Source: Candidatus Aenigmatarchaeota archaeon
GTDB taxonomy: Archaea; Aenigmatarchaeota; Aenigmatarchaeia; GW2011-AR5; JACRAC01
Assembly: GCA_016187395.1 (NCBI GenBank)
Contig: JACPJV010000033.1
Location: 2,151-66,150 of the forward strand
DNA length: 64,000 bases
Reading direction: 5' to 3'
Both the position numbers and the translations under genes were made by a program. Positions within the stretch are counted from its first letter, which is position 1. The number at the start of each line of letters is the position of its first letter. This document shows positions 61,302-64,000 of the stretch, in pieces. A model generated the notes under the pieces. The model searched no databases. It saw only the letters and a program-made list of their open reading frames with translations, and was not told the origin of the DNA.

Positions 61302-61354
61302 GAAAAGTTCTTTTGGGGTTCACCAAGACCTTTTCTTTCAAGAAAAGGGATTGG
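61302..61354 (+). repeat. copy of the tRNA-Arg T-loop-intron segment, forming the EF-1beta leader
   Basis: gaaaagttcttttggggttcaccaagaccttttctttcaagaaaagggattgg compared with 60786-60837 shows one indel and one substitution. It contains the 9-bp palindrome ccttttctt-tca-agaaaagg. Confidence 0.8.
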
Positions 61355-61355
61355 T

Positions 61356-61601
61356 ATGGGAAAAGTTGCCATTACTTTCAAGGTAATGCCCGAATCTGCT
61401 GATGTGGATATAGAGGAAATAAAGGGTAAGATAGAACAGTTAGGTGCGAAGCAGATTCACACAGAAGAAATAGCCTTCGGGCTAAAAGCCCTGAAAGTCC
61501 TGTTTGTTGTCGAAGACAAGGAAGGACAGGATATGGAAGGCAGGCTCTCTTCAATAAGTGGAGTAGGGTCAATAGAAACAGAGGCAATAACCAGATTGTG
61601 A
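61356..61601 (+). CDS. translation elongation factor aEF-1 beta
   Basis: MGKVAITFKVMPESADVDIEEIKGKI...IAFGLKALKVLFVVEDKEG has typical aEF-1beta size and sequence. Confidence 0.9.
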   Translation: MGKVAITFKVMPESADVDIEEIKGKIEQLGAKQIHTEEIAFGLKALKVLFVVEDKEGQDMEGRLSSISGVGSIETEAITRL

Positions 61602-61608
61602 ATTTCAT

Positions 61609-61704
61609 TATAGCAAACCAACTTAATAAACGGCATGGCAAAGTTGGTTTGCTATGTGGGAAAGCACAAATGACATGTTCCGTTTCATTTGTGGTTTCAC
61701 TATA
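61609..61704 (-). mobile_element. TA-bracketed double-hairpin (MITE-like) element, copy 4
   Basis: The reverse complement is nearly identical to 53017-53112. It starts 8 nt after the EF-1beta stop. Confidence 0.65.
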
Positions 61705-61757
61705 AATAATGCCCCATTCGAAAAAACAATAATATACCCTGAATTACAAGTTCTAGT

Positions 61758-64000
61758 ATGCTCAGACTGCATCATGCACTTCTAGCCATATCTATAGTCG
61801 TCCTTGCATCTTCACTGGCAAGCGCCCAGGGCATTGAGGATATAGAGGATCTTAAATTTCAGGGCATAAACTGCTTTATCGATGGAAAACAGCTCGATCC
61901 TGTTCAGGACAAAAGCCTGTTCCAGGAGCTTGACAAGCTATGGAATCCTGTTCAGGAAGCGCAGCAGCTGCCTTCCAGGGGACCGAGGATAAAATTTGAA
62001 TGGGATTCAGAAGGATCAAAAAGCCTGTTCTCATGCGAGTTTGTCTTTGAAAGCATACAGCCGTGGCGTGCTGCCGCGATAGAATCGAAACGCGATATCG
62101 AAAGGATTGCCTTTAGAATTGAGGAAGAGAGCGGTCGCGTACATACGTATTTGCTTGACAACGTCCAGAAACTGCGCAACAGAAGGATAACATCGCCTGA
62201 TTACATAGGGGCAAAAAAGATTTCCATAGAAATGGTTGTTCCATGCGAAAACCAGACTGAAAGGCAAATCTGCAAACTGGACGTGGAGGAAATAACTCCA
62301 TTTGCACGCGTCCCTGAAATTACGTATGGAGCGAAGGACAGGGCCGTGCCGTTTGGAATTCTCCCCGCTTTTCTTCCAGGAGAGTCTGTTCTTCTTGCAG
62401 GCAATGTGGATCTTCGTTCTTTTGTGTGCCTGGGCAACCGCTATTATTGCTCATGGTCTGCATCTGCTGACTGCGCCTGCACAAAAAAAGTTCTTGGAGC
62501 CTGCGTAGACAAGGACTGCAAATATGACAGATGCCCCTCAACAGGAGAGTATTTTGAGAACAAGCTTTTCTACGACGTTCAGCGCTTTGATTCCGGAAGG
62601 TGCTCTGCCTTTCTGGAAAAATACTTTCCCCAGATCATAGGAATAGGCCTTACAATCTGGGCCATCGCACTTACAGCAGGCGCAGCGGCGCCATTAGTGG
62701 GTGCCCTGGAAGTCACAGCCATAGGAGCTGCAACAGCTGCAGGCACGGCAGCTATAGCCTCAACATTATACGTGGTAGGAGCAGTGTTCATGGCATATAA
62801 TCCGCAGATATCGTTTTCTGACCAGTGGTTTAACATAGCACTTGCAGCTGCGACCGCAGCAACAGCAGGCACTCCCCAATTCGACAGCTTTTCCCAGGCA
62901 ATTTTATGGGTCGGGGTGACAACAGCAGCCGGCTATGCTGCCAATTGGATCGTGGAAGAACTGGATTTGCAATTTTCCGGAATTATAGGATCCATAATAG
63001 GGTCGGCAATACAATCAGCCATAACAACAGCTGTTCAGCGTGCGGCACTTGCAGGAGTTGCGCACAGCTTTGACATAGACAGCGGGCCTTTTGCAGAGAT
63101 CAGGGAGATGAGTGTTGGAGAATTTGTGCGGTTAGGAACAGGGGATATGACTGAAATATGGCGCGAAATAGTCCGCGCCTCGATAACTTCTGCTGTTACA
63201 AATCTGGCTGCACGCGAGATATGCGATAGTTTCGAAGGCGCAGAGCAGAGCGTCTGCCAGATAGCCGCAGCCCGCGCCTCTTCATTCCTTACAAACTGGC
63301 TTGAACCTCATCTGACAGGCGCTTTGAACAATGAGATGCAGACAGAAATACGTACAGTAGGCGAGCTCACGCGGGAGCAAATAGAAGGATTGAAAGTGGC
63401 TTCAGAGCTGTATGCAGAAAAGGGGCAAGCAATGTCCTTTGGCGAGTTTCTAAGGCAGGACGAGACAGAAATTATAATAGATGAAACGCTTGGCGGAGAA
63501 TTTATTCCCCTGACATCAGACCAGATAACCAGGATAGAAGGCATATACGGAAGCAGCCCTCCAAACTTTCTCAACCGCATCGAGGCTCTGAGTGCCTCCC
63601 ACCAGATTCTTCAGTTAGAGCGCTCGACATCATCCCTTTTATTCTCAGTTCAGAGAGCAGTTTCCACAGCTATGCAGGGTGAGGAGACAGCTGAAGAGCT
63701 TGCAAGACAGCTGGAAATGAGCCTGAAACTCGCCAGATGCGCATGTTACGGCCAGGTAAGCCTTCGCATGGATCCGCAGTTTTTGAATGAGCCTGTAGAA
63801 TGCGAAAGCTTCAGCTATGCAAACAAGAACACAATCAGCGTCAAAGTCCCTGAGATAGGGCCCAGTGGTGTTCCGGAAAGCGGGTTTGGATGGTGTCGCG
63901 CCCCCATCGAATTCTATTCAAGGAAACAGGAAGGAGGCATCGTAACGGGGATTCTTCTGAAAGACGGATCTGTAAACGGCATGGCTGAAGGGCCGATAGA
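61758..64000 (+). CDS. large secreted/membrane protein, 3' end beyond the window
   Basis: A hand-checked frame stays open from the ATG at 61758 to the window end (more than 740 codons). It is absent from the track because no stop is reached. It has a signal peptide (LAISIVVLASSLASAQG), a Cys-rich region and Ala/Gly/Thr-rich hydrophobic segments. Confidence 0.75.
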   Translation, partial: MLRLHHALLAISIVVLASSLASAQGIEDIEDLKFQGINCFIDGKQLDPVQDKSLFQELDKLWNPVQEAQQLPSRGPRIKFEWDSEGSKSLFSCEFVFESIQPWRAAAIESKRDIERIAFRIEEESGRVHTYLLDNVQKLRNRRITSPDYIGAKKISIEMVVPCENQTERQICKLDVEEITPFARVPEITYGAKDRAVPFGILPAFLPGESVLLAGNVDLRSFVCLGNRYYCSWSASADCACTKKVLGACVDKDCKYDRCPSTGEYFENKLFYDVQRFDSGRCSAFLEKYFPQIIGIGLTIWAIALTAGAAAPLVGALEVTAIGAATAAGTAAIASTLYVVGAVFMAYNPQISFSDQWFNIALAAATAATAGTPQFDSFSQAILWVGVTTAAGYAANWIVEELDLQFSGIIGSIIGSAIQSAITTAVQRAALAGVAHSFDIDSGPFAEIREMSVGEFVRLGTGDMTEIWREIVRASITSAVTNLAAREICDSFEGAEQSVCQIAAARASSFLTNWLEPHLTGALNNEMQTEIRTVGELTREQIEGLKVASELYAEKGQAMSFGEFLRQDETEIIIDETLGGEFIPLTSDQITRIEGIYGSSPPNFLNRIEALSASHQILQLERSTSSLLFSVQRAVSTAMQGEETAEELARQLEMSLKLARCACYGQVSLRMDPQFLNEPVECESFSYANKNTISVKVPEIGPSGVPESGFGWCRAPIEFYSRKQEGGIVTGILLKDGSVNGMAEGPI

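Noticed and set aside
61244-61353. A free-standing BHB intron in the Zn-ribbon/EF-1beta intergenic region, by analogy with the homologous tRNA intron.
   Set aside because: Only the aatccc/gggatt helix is retained. No 4-bp central helix or flanking 3-nt bulges can be drawn on either strand.

Overview
This window is an archaeal chromosomal segment with dense coding on both strands. Recognisable housekeeping genes are the class I CCA-adding enzyme, SepF, UPF0147, prefoldin beta, RpoP, L37Ae/eL43, aCPSF1 (KH + beta-CASP), proteasome beta, a Trm5-like methyltransferase, ProRS, FEN-1, CTP synthase, endonuclease III, Mre11-Rad50, Pus10, RNase HII, AspRS, CDP-archaeol synthase, a Zn-ribbon protein and aEF-1beta. 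These are mixed with many small hypothetical, secreted or membrane proteins and two very large surface proteins. By inference this looks like a small-genome, DPANN-like archaeon. I saw no rRNA genes, CRISPR array, cas genes, transposase or integrase. The non-coding fraction is the unusual part. (1) A tRNA-Arg(GCG) gene is split by three bulge-helix-bulge (BHB) introns, in the D-loop, at 37/38 and in the T-loop at 59/60. 52 nt of its T-loop intron recur as the leader of the EF-1beta gene. tRNA-Pro(UGG) has one canonical intron. (2) rnhB is interrupted by a 31-nt stop-laden insert inside the DEAGRG catalytic motif, and the insert folds BHB-like. (3) At least five families of short structured repeats fill the intergenic spacers. 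One is arrays of variable-stem hairpins with conserved linkers directly upstream of start codons, including a 76-nt perfect inverted duplicate 21 kb apart. One is a ~105-nt nested-stem element with compensatory substitutions (4 copies). One is a TA-bracketed double-hairpin MITE-like element (4 copies, one carrying a nested hairpin array). The last two are further multi-hairpin 3'-flank elements. Protein-level oddities include a ~1410-aa membrane protein combining a J-domain (HPD), an Ala/Gly/Pro low-complexity tract, a polytopic core and CARDB/FN3-like ectodomains. There is also a three-gene wHTH/HAD-IB paralog cluster with degenerate catalytic motifs, a Doc toxin lacking a canonical start, and two PIN paralogs. 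All calls come from reading the sequence and the ORF track; no searches were run.
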